Notes: generated by a model from the letters alone, not told the origin. Counted from the first letter of the stretch, positions 10,373 to 21,149 are shown. The stretch: DNA of 64,000 nucleotides from an uncultured Flavobacteriaceae bacterium (GCA_964350445.1 CAYGKA010000007.1:41341-105340), one strand, 5' to 3'. Made by a program: numbers and translations.

Positions 10373-11095
10373 TCAGTCGGGCTCCCCGTCCTTCAGCCAT
10401 TGCTGGTACTCGGCGCGGGCGTCGTCGTTCGGCGGATAGAGGCCGAGGGTAGGACGTCCCTTGGAAACTTCACGCTGCACGAACCGTTCGAACCGCTCCT
10501 GCTCCGTCCCGTCGCGGGCGACCTCGTCCGCCAGATTCAAGGGAATGACGACCGCCCCGTCCCCATCGGCGACCACGACATCGCCCGGATCGACAAGCGC
10601 GCCGCCGCAGCCGACACGGCATTGAACATCCGCAGGCGTCAGCGCGCCGATATTGGCGGGCGCCACCGCACCTGGGCAGAAGATCGGAAAATTCACCGGC
10701 AGAATGCCGGCCTTGTCACGCATGGAAGCATCACTGACGACACCCGCCACACCGCGGGACTTCAAGCGCGCGACCAATATGTCGCCCAACACACCCGCGC
10801 GCAGTTCGCCACCGCCGGAAATCACCATAACATGACCCGCCGGGCATTCCTCGATCGCCTTGCGTTGAGCGTTCTGGTCCGACCCCAGATAGGCGGTTGT
10901 TGCGATGTCTTCCCGCATCGGGACCAACCGCAAGGTATAGGCTTGGCCAACCAGCCGCTCGTCCGGGCCGGAAAAAGGCTTCGGGCCGAACATCGCGCAG
11001 GCGCGGATGCCGCGCTTCAGCAACTGCATGGTGATCGTCGCCGTCGACACATGCTTCAACAAGGCAAGGCTTTCCGCCGATACGGATGCGGTCAT
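10373..11095 (-). CDS. RraA-family protein (4-hydroxy-4-methyl-2-oxoglutarate aldolase-like)
   Basis: ATG at 11095. RraA/demethylmenaquinone methyltransferase-like fold motifs: GVLGDILVARLKSRGVAGVVSDASMRD and GDVVVADGDGAVVIP. Confidence 0.75.
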   Translation of the reverse strand: MTASVSAESLALLKHVSTATITMQLLKRGIRACAMFGPKPFSGPDERLVGQAYTLRLVPMREDIATTAYLGSDQNAQRKAIEECPAGHVMVISGGGELRAGVLGDILVARLKSRGVAGVVSDASMRDKAGILPVNFPIFCPGAVAPANIGALTPADVQCRVGCGGALVDPGDVVVADGDGAVVIPLNLADEVARDGTEQERFERFVQREVSKGRPTLGLYPPNDDARAEYQQWLKDGEPD

Positions 11096-11407
11096 GGCAT
11101 TTCCCCTTTCGTCCCCGGCTGTTGGCGCGCGGATTGTTCGAGGCATGATATGCCCCATATGTTAAACTGGTAGAACAGTATCGGCCCTCCGACCGGGCGT
11201 CACCGGTCGAAAACCGGTATTGCGGCACCATATCTTTGAAACGGGAGCAACAAATGTCCTTCCACCCGGTTGGGCATGGTGTCCATTTGAAGTTTTCATA
11301 GTAATAAGAATAAAACTTCCAAGTATTGCCAGTTTTAACTTGGAGTTTTATTTACTATCCCCTTACAATGCGACCCTTCGAATTACGAATCGCATTGGGG
11401 AACTTCC

Positions 11408-12166
11408 GTGTCTTGGCTGGCAGCCGTCGATTACCGGCAGGGAACGCGCCATCGGGCGCACCAGATGCCGTGTCATGACTACGGCACCGTCGCCAAACCG
11501 ACCAGCACCACCGTCGTCGGAACCATCGCGGAAGGTGCGATGCGGGGACGGCTTTCCCATATCGGTGCGCAAGTGGCCGCGAAAGCGGCGGCGGAAACGC
11601 TGGACGAACTCGCGCGGACCGGCGTCATCCCAAACGAAGATGATCTACGCCGCGTTCTGCGCCGCGTGCGCCTTGTCCTGACACGCGAAGCCGCGGAACG
11701 GAGCTGCGCCCTGTCCGACTTGGCGACAACCTTGATCGCTTTCGCAATGACGCCCGACAGGATTGCGGCCCTGCAGATCGGCGACGGGTTCCTGATCGCG
11801 GCATCACCCGCCCGCCCCTATCACAGCATCGCCGGAACACACCGCGGCGAAACACGGTTCGTGACCGATGAGGACGCGGAAGACGCGGTTGCAATCGCCG
11901 TGGACGAAGGCCCCGTGTCCTTCGTGGCCGCCGGCACGGACGGTTTGCAGACCTTGTCGATCCGCGCCGAGGATGGAAGGCCGCACTCTTCCTTCCTGCG
12001 CCCGCTGAACCGTTACATCAGCGCAGCGGAAAGCGATGACGAAATTCATCTTGGCATCCGCGAGTTTCTGCGGTCCGACCGGCTGGCAGAACGCGTCGAC
12101 GACGATATGACGTTGATGCTGTGCGGCTGGCGGAACGACCGCGGTTGGGAGAACCGCGCCGGATGA
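11408..12166 (+). CDS. PP2C-like (PF13672-type) phosphatase-domain protein, possibly degenerate
   Basis: GTG start. The pattern W..A......G..H......C.D, LQIGDGFLI, AGTDGLQ and DDDMTLML matches the PP2C_2 layout. The first metal-binding DG..GS region reads EGAMRG instead. Confidence 0.6.
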   Translation: MSWLAAVDYRQGTRHRAHQMPCHDYGTVAKPTSTTVVGTIAEGAMRGRLSHIGAQVAAKAAAETLDELARTGVIPNEDDLRRVLRRVRLVLTREAAERSCALSDLATTLIAFAMTPDRIAALQIGDGFLIAASPARPYHSIAGTHRGETRFVTDEDAEDAVAIAVDEGPVSFVAAGTDGLQTLSIRAEDGRPHSSFLRPLNRYISAAESDDEIHLGIREFLRSDRLAERVDDDMTLMLCGWRNDRGWENRAG

Positions 12167-12672
12167 CCCAACAGATCCGCCGATTGAAACGGGGCCGCGA
12201 CGGCGTCCCCGGCGAAGAACGTGCGGCCCCGCGCGTCGGCCCATTGCTCGGCGCCCCACCGCCGATTTCCTTCCGCACGCCCCAAAGGCCGGAGCCTTCG
12301 GACGGCGCGCCGGACGTTTTCTATCGCGTTCTCCGCGCCACCCCCAGTGACGGTCATGAAGGCCAGGCTGTTCTGGAACTGTCGGCCGACGTCAAGACCC
12401 GCATCCCCGCCCTGCGCGTCATATGCTGCGTGACCGGCGTATCCTTGGCCGAGGTCGCGCCGATGATCCTGGAACGTCCGCTGCAGGTTCGTTTCATGAT
12501 ACCGGACGTCCCAGGCAATATCCGCGTCGAAGCAAGCGATCCCGCCGACACGTCGATCAGCATCCAACATCCGCCCGCCAGGACACGCAGTTTCGGTGTC
12601 GAACGAATGCGGTCCGGCCGGCGTGTCACCGTCCCAAAGCTGCCCGCCTTCAGTGGGTTTCGACTCCGCTAG
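12163..12672 (+). CDS. Hypothetical protein, translationally coupled to the PP2C-like gene
   Basis: ATGA start/stop overlap with 11408..12166. Third-position GC is slightly higher than for the exactly antisense ORF 12046..12699. No family recognised, and the strand choice is uncertain. Confidence 0.4.
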   Translation: MTQQIRRLKRGRDGVPGEERAAPRVGPLLGAPPPISFRTPQRPEPSDGAPDVFYRVLRATPSDGHEGQAVLELSADVKTRIPALRVICCVTGVSLAEVAPMILERPLQVRFMIPDVPGNIRVEASDPADTSISIQHPPARTRSFGVERMRSGRRVTVPKLPAFSGFRLR

Positions 12673-12791
12673 GCAGCAGCAGCCCGGAACAGCAGCCATA
12701 GCCGCTTTTGAGCGCAGGCCTCAAATTTCAGTCTCAATTTTCGAATGAATACACGGGGGAACGCCTGTGCCGGCGGATTGAGAAGCGCTGT

Positions 12792-13334
12792 CTAGTGCGC
12801 TGTGGCGCCCCGGTCGGCGTCACCGCCCTTTGCCGGCGATGCCGTCGTCGATACGGCGCCGTCCCCGGCCCCGTTCGATTTGCGCGAGGGTGCAGCCGGC
12901 GGCGCTTCGCGCTGCATGGCCGCGGATTTCGTCCCGATCGGAATGTTTGCTTTTGCCGCATCATCGACAGCGGAAGTCACAACCGCGCGGCTGTAACGGC
13001 CTTCAACCTCAGCCCCAGCCTCGACTTCCAGAATTTCGTGGTCGACATCGCCATAGACTTTGGCCGTGCTGCCCAACCGAACCTTGTGCGCCCGGATTTC
13101 CCCGCGCACTTCCCCAAGAACGACAAGGGTATCGACCGCCGCTTCGCCATGCAATTGGCCGGTAGCGCCGATGGTCAGCCCGGAACATTGGACATTGCCG
13201 CGTAAAATACCGTCGAGCTGCACTTCCGCAGCGCCGGAAAGATCACCCGTGATGACCGTTCCCTCCGCAATCACCGTCGGCATTGCGGCTGGGGCGTTCG
13301 TCGCCTTGGGCGCGTCATCGCTAAAAAGACCCAT
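12792..13334 (-). CDS. Bactofilin (polymer-forming cytoskeletal protein, DUF583)
   Basis: Repetitive beta-helix pattern (TVIAEGTVITGDLSGAAEVQLDGILRGNV ... VVLGEVRGEIRAHKVRLGSTAKVYGDVDHEILEVEAGAEVEG) followed by a disordered tail. Confidence 0.85.
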   Translation of the reverse strand: MGLFSDDAPKATNAPAAMPTVIAEGTVITGDLSGAAEVQLDGILRGNVQCSGLTIGATGQLHGEAAVDTLVVLGEVRGEIRAHKVRLGSTAKVYGDVDHEILEVEAGAEVEGRYSRAVVTSAVDDAAKANIPIGTKSAAMQREAPPAAPSRKSNGAGDGAVSTTASPAKGGDADRGATAH

Positions 13335-13480
13335 CAGGTACTCCCTCGTTGGAGTGACACTATCGCAATGGTTTTGGCATGGCGACAGGAATCACCCAAC
13401 ATTTACTGAAACTGCAATATTAAAACGCCGAATAAAACCGCTGACAACTTGAAGAAGTTGCTGGTTTACCGTGATGAGGA

Positions 13481-14464
<984 letters not shown>

Positions 14465-14577
14465 TCAGGCCCGCGCGGGCCGCCATACCTCTTAGGAAGC
14501 CAACTTAATCACCGGCCCCGCGAGTGCAATCCAAACGGCACGCAAAATCTCCGTGACAGGGGGTCACAGCGGCTTTT

Positions 14578-15081
14578 TCAGACACGTTCCAGAATGACGT
14601 GATCAAACGCCGTCCCGCTGGCCGAGGTCGCGGCTTCCCGCGATAGTTCCCGCCACGCGGACGGATCGAGGGCGGGAAAGAAGGTATCGCCATCCGGCGC
14701 CAGCCGCACCTCGGTCAGGTCGATCCTGCCGACCTTGTCGAAGGCTTGTACATATAGGCTGCCGCCGCCGATCAGGCAGACCTCGTCCACGCCCATGTCC
14801 CGGGCAAGCCGGTCGGCCTGCGCCAGAGCCGCGTCCAGATCCGCAAAGACCTGCGCGCCTTCCGCTTCGAAACCGGGTTGCCGGGTGACGACAATGTTCG
14901 GCCGCCCCGGAAGCGGTTTGCGCGGCAATGACTCCCAGGTCTTGCGGCCCATCACCAAGGGTTTCCCCATGGTTACGGCCTTGAACCGCTTCAGATCCTC
15001 CGGCAAATGCCAGGGCAGGCCGCCATCGCGCCCAATGACGCGGTTTTCCGCCATGGCAACGACAATCACCAGTTTCGGCAA
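14578..15081 (-). CDS. folA: Dihydrofolate reductase
   Basis: VAMAENRVIGRDGGLPWHLPEDLKRFKAVTMGKPLVMGRKTWESLP. Confidence 0.92.
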   Translation of the reverse strand: MPKLVIVVAMAENRVIGRDGGLPWHLPEDLKRFKAVTMGKPLVMGRKTWESLPRKPLPGRPNIVVTRQPGFEAEGAQVFADLDAALAQADRLARDMGVDEVCLIGGGSLYVQAFDKVGRIDLTEVRLAPDGDTFFPALDPSAWRELSREAATSASGTAFDHVILERV

Positions 15082-15113
15082 ATGCCTCTCCCTTCAGACA
15101 ATAGCGGTGTGGA

Positions 15114-15908
15114 TCAAACCGCCACGGGCGCGGAGATATGCGGCTGCGGGTCATAGTCCCGCAACTGGAAATCGTCGTAGGTGAAGGCGAACAGGTCGTC
15201 CACTTCCGGGTTGAGCACCATGATCGGCAGCGCCCGCGGTTCCCGCGCCAATTGCGTGTCGGTCTGATCAAGATGGTTCATATATAGATGCGCATCGCCC
15301 AGCGTGTGAACGAACTCACCCGGCTGCAGGCCGGTCACCTGCGCCACCATCAGGGTCAGCAGGGCATAGGAGGCGATGTTGAACGGCACACCCAGAAAGA
15401 TATCAGCGCTGCGCTGGTAGAGCTGACAGGAAAGCCTGCCATCGGCGACATAGAACTGGAACAGACAGTGGCAGGGCGGCAGAGCCATGGAATCCACATC
15501 CGCCGGGTTCCAGGCCGTCACGATCAGCCGCCGGGAATTCGGGTTCTTCTTGATCTGCTCCACGACATTGGCGATCTGGTCGATCGTCCCGCCGTCCTTG
15601 GCCGGCCAGGACCGCCATTGATGCCCATAGACCGGCCCTAGATCGCCGTTCTCGTCGGCCCATTCGTTCCAGATCGAGACCCCGTTGTCGTTCAGGTATT
15701 TGATATTGGTGTCGCCCTGCAGGAACCACAGCAATTCATGAATGATCGACTTCAGGTGCAGCTTCTTGGTCGTCAGCATCGGGAAACCGTCGGCCAGGTC
15801 GAACCGCATTTGATGGCCGAAAACGCTGACGGTCCCGGTCCCGGTCCGGTCACCCTTTTGGGCGCCGGTTTCGCGCACATGGCGAAGAAGGTCTAGATAT
15901 TGCCGCAC
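15114..15908 (-). CDS. thyA: Thymidylate synthase
   Basis: [27 protein letters not shown] ... [12 protein letters not shown]; 264 aa. Confidence 0.95.
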   Translation of the reverse strand: MRQYLDLLRHVRETGAQKGDRTGTGTVSVFGHQMRFDLADGFPMLTTKKLHLKSIIHELLWFLQGDTNIKYLNDNGVSIWNEWADENGDLGPVYGHQWRSWPAKDGGTIDQIANVVEQIKKNPNSRRLIVTAWNPADVDSMALPPCHCLFQFYVADGRLSCQLYQRSADIFLGVPFNIASYALLTLMVAQVTGLQPGEFVHTLGDAHLYMNHLDQTDTQLAREPRALPIMVLNPEVDDLFAFTYDDFQLRDYDPQPHISAPVAV

Positions 15909-16065
15909 TTGCGCATCCGCCTGACTGAACTGATTTCTTTTATTTGAGAAGCATCCCGGGCGTCATCAAGCGTCACCCAAACCGGCGACGCAAGCCCACC
16001 CTGGAAACAGCTTTGAATTTATCCGATTCGGGGGAACCGCACCGCTGTCGAACGGTAAGCGGGCA

Positions 16066-16734
16066 TCACCCACGCGGCCTGACGCGATAGGCGCAGCGCC
16101 GTGCGCCGGCCAGCAGGTGATCGGTGCGCTCCACCTCCACATGCGGGCCGAGGACCGCGCGAAAGACCGTCAATTCCCCGTCGCATAGGCGGGAACAGGC
16201 CTTCGCCGCGACGCAGATGGGGCAATGGTTCTCGATCAACAGAAAGGCACCGTCTTCCGCCGTCTGGACTGACGCCATATATCCTTCCTCTTCCCGCAAC
16301 GCCGCTAGGGCCTCCAGTTTCCCTGCCACCGATGCTTCCCCATCGACCCGCACCGCATAGGTTCGGATTTGCTGGGCCGTGCGTTCGGCAATCAGGCGCT
16401 GGAGCCCCTCCTCCCCGAATGTCGCCTGCATCGCGCCGAGCAGGCCCGCCGTCAATTCCGCATGCGCGTCAGGGAAAAAGCGCCCGGCGGACTCGGTCAG
16501 GGACCAGATCTTCGCAGGCCGGCCCACGGGGCGCGGCGATTCCGAATAGTTGACGAACCCTTCTTCCTGAAGAGCATAGAGGTGCTGGCGCACAGCCATT
16601 GTCGAAACGCCTTGTTTCGCTGCAAGATCGGCCGCGTCGCTGGGCCCGTCCAGTTTCAGCATGTCCAGGATCGCCTGCCTTGTGGCGGATTTCGCCGGCT
16701 GCCGGGGATTCTTTTGTTTCTCTGCGGTCGTCAT
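16066..16734 (-). CDS. Winged-HTH transcriptional regulator (ArsR/COG2345-like) with a C-terminal Cys-rich domain
   Basis: N-terminal HTH (ILDMLKLDGPSDAADLAAKQGVSTMAVRQHLYALQEEGFV) and C-terminal CPICVAAKACSRLC. Lies immediately downstream of the MFS gene. Confidence 0.75.
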   Translation of the reverse strand: MTTAEKQKNPRQPAKSATRQAILDMLKLDGPSDAADLAAKQGVSTMAVRQHLYALQEEGFVNYSESPRPVGRPAKIWSLTESAGRFFPDAHAELTAGLLGAMQATFGEEGLQRLIAERTAQQIRTYAVRVDGEASVAGKLEALAALREEEGYMASVQTAEDGAFLLIENHCPICVAAKACSRLCDGELTVFRAVLGPHVEVERTDHLLAGARRCAYRVRPRG

Positions 16735-16748
16735 TGTCCCTCTTCCCC

Positions 16749-18263
16749 TCAGCTTTTCTCTGCCGTCGCGGGCTCGATCGCCGCCTCACCGATCGGCCCG
16801 GCAACCCGGAAGGCAGCCACCGCGCCGACGATTACGATCGGCAGGAATGCCGCGAATACCCAAAAACTGACACTTTCCAGAACATCACGCGGCGCCGCCT
16901 CCGAAAATCCCAGCCCGTTGGCAATGAAACCCACCGTAGAAGCGCCCAGCGCGTATCCGATCATTTGCGTCGTCGGGATCGCGGAGGAGGCCCGCGCCCG
17001 ATCCCCGCCTTCCGCGCCGCCCACGATGCGCTGCGTGACGTAACCGAAAGACACGCCGAAGCCCGTCCCGACACAGACAAGGAATGGCGTCAGGGCCCAG
17101 ACCGGGCCATGCGGCATGACAATCGCCAAACCGGCGACACCGATCAACATCAGGACCCCGGCCATCCGAATGAACCAGGGATGCCAAAACACCGAGGCGC
17201 CGGAGAACGCGACCGCCGCCAAGGTCCAGCCCACGGATTCGACGGCGACCAGGACACCGCCGGTAATCGGCCGCGCATCGTGCAGAAGCTGGGTCAGCAA
17301 GGGGCCGTAGACCATGAATGTGACCGTGCCCAGGAAGCATAACCCGATCATCGCAAGCCCCCAGAAAGTGGCCTTTGAGGGGTCGTAGGCGGACCGCGGA
17401 TAAAGCCGGCTTTCGCCGGCTTGGGAATCGCGGCGGAAGAAGGCCCCCAACAATATCAGCCCGGCCACAAACAGGACGCCCGACTGCCAGGTGAACCCGA
17501 TGACCCCTGCCGAGGCGACCGCCATGATCGCAGCCGAGAGCAGCACAAGCCGAACCTTTGGAAAGACATCGCCATGGGAGGCCAGATCGCCGCTCTTTCC
17601 CTTCAGCATCCAACCGACCGCGGCCAGATAGAGTGCCGCCTGCGCGGCATAGGCCCAAAAGCCGGTGCGCCACAGGCCGAACTCGGCGAAACCGCCGCCG
17701 ACCGCCGGGCCACAGAAAGCAGACGCCCCCCAGATCGCCGAAACCAGCGCGATGAGGCGGGGCATGATCTTGGCCGGAAACAACTCGACGATCGCAACAT
17801 GCGTGAGCGCGACCAGCGCGCCGCCGCCCGCCCCTTTGATCAGCCGGCCGGCCAGCAGAACCGTCATATCCGGCGCGAGCGCACAGACCGCGCAACCGAT
17901 TCCGAAGGCGGCGGCGGAAACCATGATGGCCCGGCGCAGCCCGAAACGAACGGCGAGCAGACCGGCCGCCGCCCCCGCGACGATCGATCCGACCTGGTAG
18001 AGCACCGACGTCCAGCTGAGGAACGCCAACCCGCCGATATCGAGGACCGCTGACGGAATCAGCGTGGAAACAAGGCTGGCATTGGAAGCGTGCAGCCAAA
18101 CGCCGAAGCCCAGCACGATGAAACGGTGGAGCACGCCCGCGCGCCACAGGTCGGCCCAGCTGGACTCACCCGTCAACTGTGATGTGGCGCTGTCTGTCAC
18201 GTCGGGGCTCTCATTGATGTGGTATTCTGCCGGTCGGCCTTTCGGCGATATTTCTATAGACAA
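16749..18263 (-). CDS. MFS transporter (14-TMS DHA2-like)
   Basis: 504 aa and highly hydrophobic, with many predicted TM segments. The start is uncertain (TTG 18263 or an internal GTG). Confidence 0.8.
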   Translation of the reverse strand: MSIEISPKGRPAEYHINESPDVTDSATSQLTGESSWADLWRAGVLHRFIVLGFGVWLHASNASLVSTLIPSAVLDIGGLAFLSWTSVLYQVGSIVAGAAAGLLAVRFGLRRAIMVSAAAFGIGCAVCALAPDMTVLLAGRLIKGAGGGALVALTHVAIVELFPAKIMPRLIALVSAIWGASAFCGPAVGGGFAEFGLWRTGFWAYAAQAALYLAAVGWMLKGKSGDLASHGDVFPKVRLVLLSAAIMAVASAGVIGFTWQSGVLFVAGLILLGAFFRRDSQAGESRLYPRSAYDPSKATFWGLAMIGLCFLGTVTFMVYGPLLTQLLHDARPITGGVLVAVESVGWTLAAVAFSGASVFWHPWFIRMAGVLMLIGVAGLAIVMPHGPVWALTPFLVCVGTGFGVSFGYVTQRIVGGAEGGDRARASSAIPTTQMIGYALGASTVGFIANGLGFSEAAPRDVLESVSFWVFAAFLPIVIVGAVAAFRVAGPIGEAAIEPATAEKS

Positions 18264-18286
18264 AAATTTAGAAAGGCCATATCTAT

Positions 18287-18310
18287 TTTCGAAAGAAAAT
18301 CCTTTCGAAA
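18287..18310. promoter_or_regulatory. Two copies of the palindrome TTTCGAAA, 16 bp apart, in the MFS/Rieske divergent spacer (candidate operator)
   Basis: TTTCGAAA at 18287-18294 and at 18303-18310. Both lie in the 56-nt gap between the two divergent genes. Confidence 0.3.
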
Positions 18311-18319
18311 GGAAACGTC

Positions 18320-19954
18320 ATGTCGTCCGGCAATTGGGTCCGCGTTACTGATCTGGATTCGCTGATCGCGAAAGGCCGGAAAGTCGTAAAGGCGGACGGG
18401 AAGCAGATCGCCCTTTTTCATGTTCCTGGAAGGGACCTTGAAAACGGCGCTATCCAGGCCTGCAATAACCGTTGTCCGCATGAAGGATATCCGTTGGTCG
18501 AAGGTGCCCTGTCCGGCGGAACGGATGGCCATGCCTGCAAACTGACCTGCAATTGGCACAATTGGAAATTCGATCTGCATACAGGTGAGACGGAGGTCGG
18601 CGGCGACAAGCTGCGGCGATATCCGGTGCGGGTGGATGGCAGCGACGTGTTGGTGGAGATCACCGACCCGCCGGCCGAAGAGCTGATCCAATCCGCGCTC
18701 GACAATATTGCCGACGCCATGCCCCGGCATGAATACGACCGTATCGCGCGGGAAGTGGCGCGCCTGATAAAAGCCGGCGGCCATCCGGACCTCGCCATCC
18801 TGAAAGCGGCGCAGCACAGCTTCGACCGGTTCGAATACGGCTACACACATGCCTTCGCCGCGGCCGCGGATTGGCTGAAACTCGGCGACGACCTAGCCGC
18901 CAACGAGGCGGAGAAACTGGCCAGCCATGTCGAGGTCATCGGCCATATGTCCTGGGACACGCTCCGCGAGCGCCAATATCCTTTCGCCACGGAAAGCCGC
19001 CCCTATGACGAGGACGCCTTCGTCCAGGCCATTGAGGATGAAGACGAACAGACCGCCGTCGCCATGATCAACGGCGCGCTCGCGGAAGGGTTGGGAATGC
19101 CCGCCCTGCGCAAGGGTCTGCTGCGGGCGGCATTGAACCACTACCAGCTTTTCGGCCACGCCCCGATCTATGTCTACAAGACCGACGAACTCGCCGAACG
19201 CCTGGGCCCGGACTCCCTCAAGCCCCTTTTGCTCTGCCTCGTCCGCGGGTTGATCTATGCCAGCCGCGAGGATTTGATTCCGGAGTTCAAATCCTACCGG
19301 CCCGCGCTTCAGGCTTGGCCTCATTCGCCGAAGGAGGACAGCGGGGATGCGCCGCCGCGTCCGGCAAAGGACTATACCCGTCTGCCCGTCGCCAAAGTAC
19401 TGGACCTGATACTGAAAAGCGCCAAAAGCGGCCCTGCCCTGTATCAGGTTTTGCTGGAAGCGGCTGTGCTGCAACTGCTGACCTTCCGGGTCGACATGGA
19501 CAGGCGAACGGACAATTCCGTCTCCGAGAATGTCAATTGGCTCGACTTCACCCATGCGCTGACCTTCGCCAATGCGGGTCGCTGGGCGGCGGAGCAATAT
19601 CCGGAACTCTGGCCGGAAGTCCTGTTGCAGATCGGCTGTTTCCTGGGCCGGAACGCGGGTTACCTGGACGACACTGTCGATCCCGCGGAATGGCGGGTGG
19701 ACCAGGACCCCATCGCCTATCTGAACGGCGCGTTGCACGGCATGCTGGATCACAGTTTCCCGGAATACATCGTCGCCTGTCACTATGTTAAGCTGGCGAC
19801 GGCGATGCGGGCGGAGATCGAAAACGCGCCCGACGCGCCGTTCGTGCCGCTGATGACCGCGTCCCTCAATCGGCTGATCGCCCATCCCATCAAAAGAAAA
19901 CAGGTTCTGCGCACGGCGAATCAATCGCTCGATTTCGTCGCCCGCGAAGGATGA
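18320..19954 (+). CDS. Rieske [2Fe-2S] domain protein with a long uncharacterised C-terminal domain
   Basis: N-terminal Rieske ligand motifs CPHEGYPL and CNWHNWKF. The remaining 430 aa or so carry no motif I recognise. Confidence 0.75.
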   Translation: MSSGNWVRVTDLDSLIAKGRKVVKADGKQIALFHVPGRDLENGAIQACNNRCPHEGYPLVEGALSGGTDGHACKLTCNWHNWKFDLHTGETEVGGDKLRRYPVRVDGSDVLVEITDPPAEELIQSALDNIADAMPRHEYDRIAREVARLIKAGGHPDLAILKAAQHSFDRFEYGYTHAFAAAADWLKLGDDLAANEAEKLASHVEVIGHMSWDTLRERQYPFATESRPYDEDAFVQAIEDEDEQTAVAMINGALAEGLGMPALRKGLLRAALNHYQLFGHAPIYVYKTDELAERLGPDSLKPLLLCLVRGLIYASREDLIPEFKSYRPALQAWPHSPKEDSGDAPPRPAKDYTRLPVAKVLDLILKSAKSGPALYQVLLEAAVLQLLTFRVDMDRRTDNSVSENVNWLDFTHALTFANAGRWAAEQYPELWPEVLLQIGCFLGRNAGYLDDTVDPAEWRVDQDPIAYLNGALHGMLDHSFPEYIVACHYVKLATAMRAEIENAPDAPFVPLMTASLNRLIAHPIKRKQVLRTANQSLDFVAREG

Positions 19955-19964
19955 CAAAAGGAAT

Positions 19965-21053
19965 ATGGACATGAGATCCCGTCTCACGGAACTGCTGGAT
20001 ATCGACGTCCCCATCATCCAGGCGCCGATGGCCGGTGTGTCGACGCCGGAACTGGCGGTCGCGGTCGCCAATGCGGGGGGCCTGGGGTCGCTGGCGGTGG
20101 GTACGATGACAGCGGCGCAGGCCGAAAGCGCACTCGCCAAGCTGAAGACCCTGACCAACCGGCCGATCAACGTGAACGTCTTCACGCATGAAACGCCGAA
20201 GCGTGATGCCGCGCTCGAGGCCGCCTGGCTCGACACGCTACGCCCTTATTTCACAGAGTTCGGCGCGGACCCCCCCGCTTCTCTTTCGGAGATATACACC
20301 TCCTTCAACGACGACCCGGACATGCTGGACCTGCTGGTGCGCCAACGTCCGGCGGCAGTCAGCTTCCATTTCGGCCTGCCGACCCCGGACGCCATGGACG
20401 CCCTGAAGGGTGCCGGAATCCTAACGTTTTGCTCCGCCACCACGGTCGAGGAAGCGCTTCAGATCGAAGCGGCCGGCATCGATATCGTCGTCGCCCAGGG
20501 TTACGAGGCGGGCGGCCATCGCGGGACCTTCTCGGCCGATCATGATGCCGCCATCGGTACTTTCGCGCTTGTCCCGCAAGTCCGTGCCGCCGTCGGCATC
20601 CCCGTCGTCGCGGCGGGCGGAATCGGCACCGGGGCCGGAATCGCGGCGGCCTTCGCACTCGGCGCGGACGGCGTGCAGATCGGCACCGCCTTCATAAGCA
20701 GCCCCGAATCCGCCGCCGGCCAGTCGCATCACGACCTGCTTGTCGGAAAGCCGGGCCGGGCAACGGAAATCACCGGCATCCTCTCGGGCCGCCCGGCGCG
20801 CGGCATCGTCAACCGATTGATGGCCGACATGCGCGGCCGGGAATCGGAAGCCCCCGCCTATCCCGTCGCCTATGATGCCGGCAAGGCACTGGCCGGCGCG
20901 GCGAAGGCCAAGGGCGACAACAATTTCGCCGCTCTGTGGGGCGGCCAGACGGCGCCGCTGAACCGGCAGATCCCGGCGGCGGAACTAGTCGCGGCGCTCG
21001 TGAAGGAAGCGGCTGAGGCGCTGGGTATAGCGATGGACCGGCTCAAACCATAG
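19965..21053 (+). CDS. Nitronate monooxygenase (NMO / 2-nitropropane dioxygenase family)
   Basis: LDIDVPIIQAPMAGVSTPELAVAVANAGGLGSLA and GADGVQIGTAF (FMN TIM-barrel family). Confidence 0.85.
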   Translation: MDMRSRLTELLDIDVPIIQAPMAGVSTPELAVAVANAGGLGSLAVGTMTAAQAESALAKLKTLTNRPINVNVFTHETPKRDAALEAAWLDTLRPYFTEFGADPPASLSEIYTSFNDDPDMLDLLVRQRPAAVSFHFGLPTPDAMDALKGAGILTFCSATTVEEALQIEAAGIDIVVAQGYEAGGHRGTFSADHDAAIGTFALVPQVRAAVGIPVVAAGGIGTGAGIAAAFALGADGVQIGTAFISSPESAAGQSHHDLLVGKPGRATEITGILSGRPARGIVNRLMADMRGRESEAPAYPVAYDAGKALAGAAKAKGDNNFAALWGGQTAPLNRQIPAAELVAALVKEAAEALGIAMDRLKP

Positions 21054-21149
21054 TTCCGCGGTCTCGGTTGAGGTCTTGATCAAAACCCCTTTCAGAACCG
21101 CTTTCCAATCCCTATATTAACCGTGCCGGCTTCGGCCGGTTATGACGCT

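Noticed and set aside
12046-12699. 217-aa ORF on the minus strand, downstream of bactofilin
   Set aside because: Not fully excluded. It would overlap the conserved C-terminus of the PP2C-like gene by about 120 nt. The plus-strand alternative has an ATGA coupling junction and slightly better third-position GC. It is kept as an open question in the findings.
16885-18147. 420-aa ORF on the minus strand, in another frame of the MFS gene
   Set aside because: The translation is Arg/Gly/Pro-rich and non-hydrophobic. The overlapping frame gives a coherent polytopic MFS protein.
18893-20236. 447-aa ORF on the minus strand, spanning the Rieske and NMO genes
   Set aside because: It crosses two well-supported plus-strand genes and their junction. 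Its composition is typical of an antisense frame.
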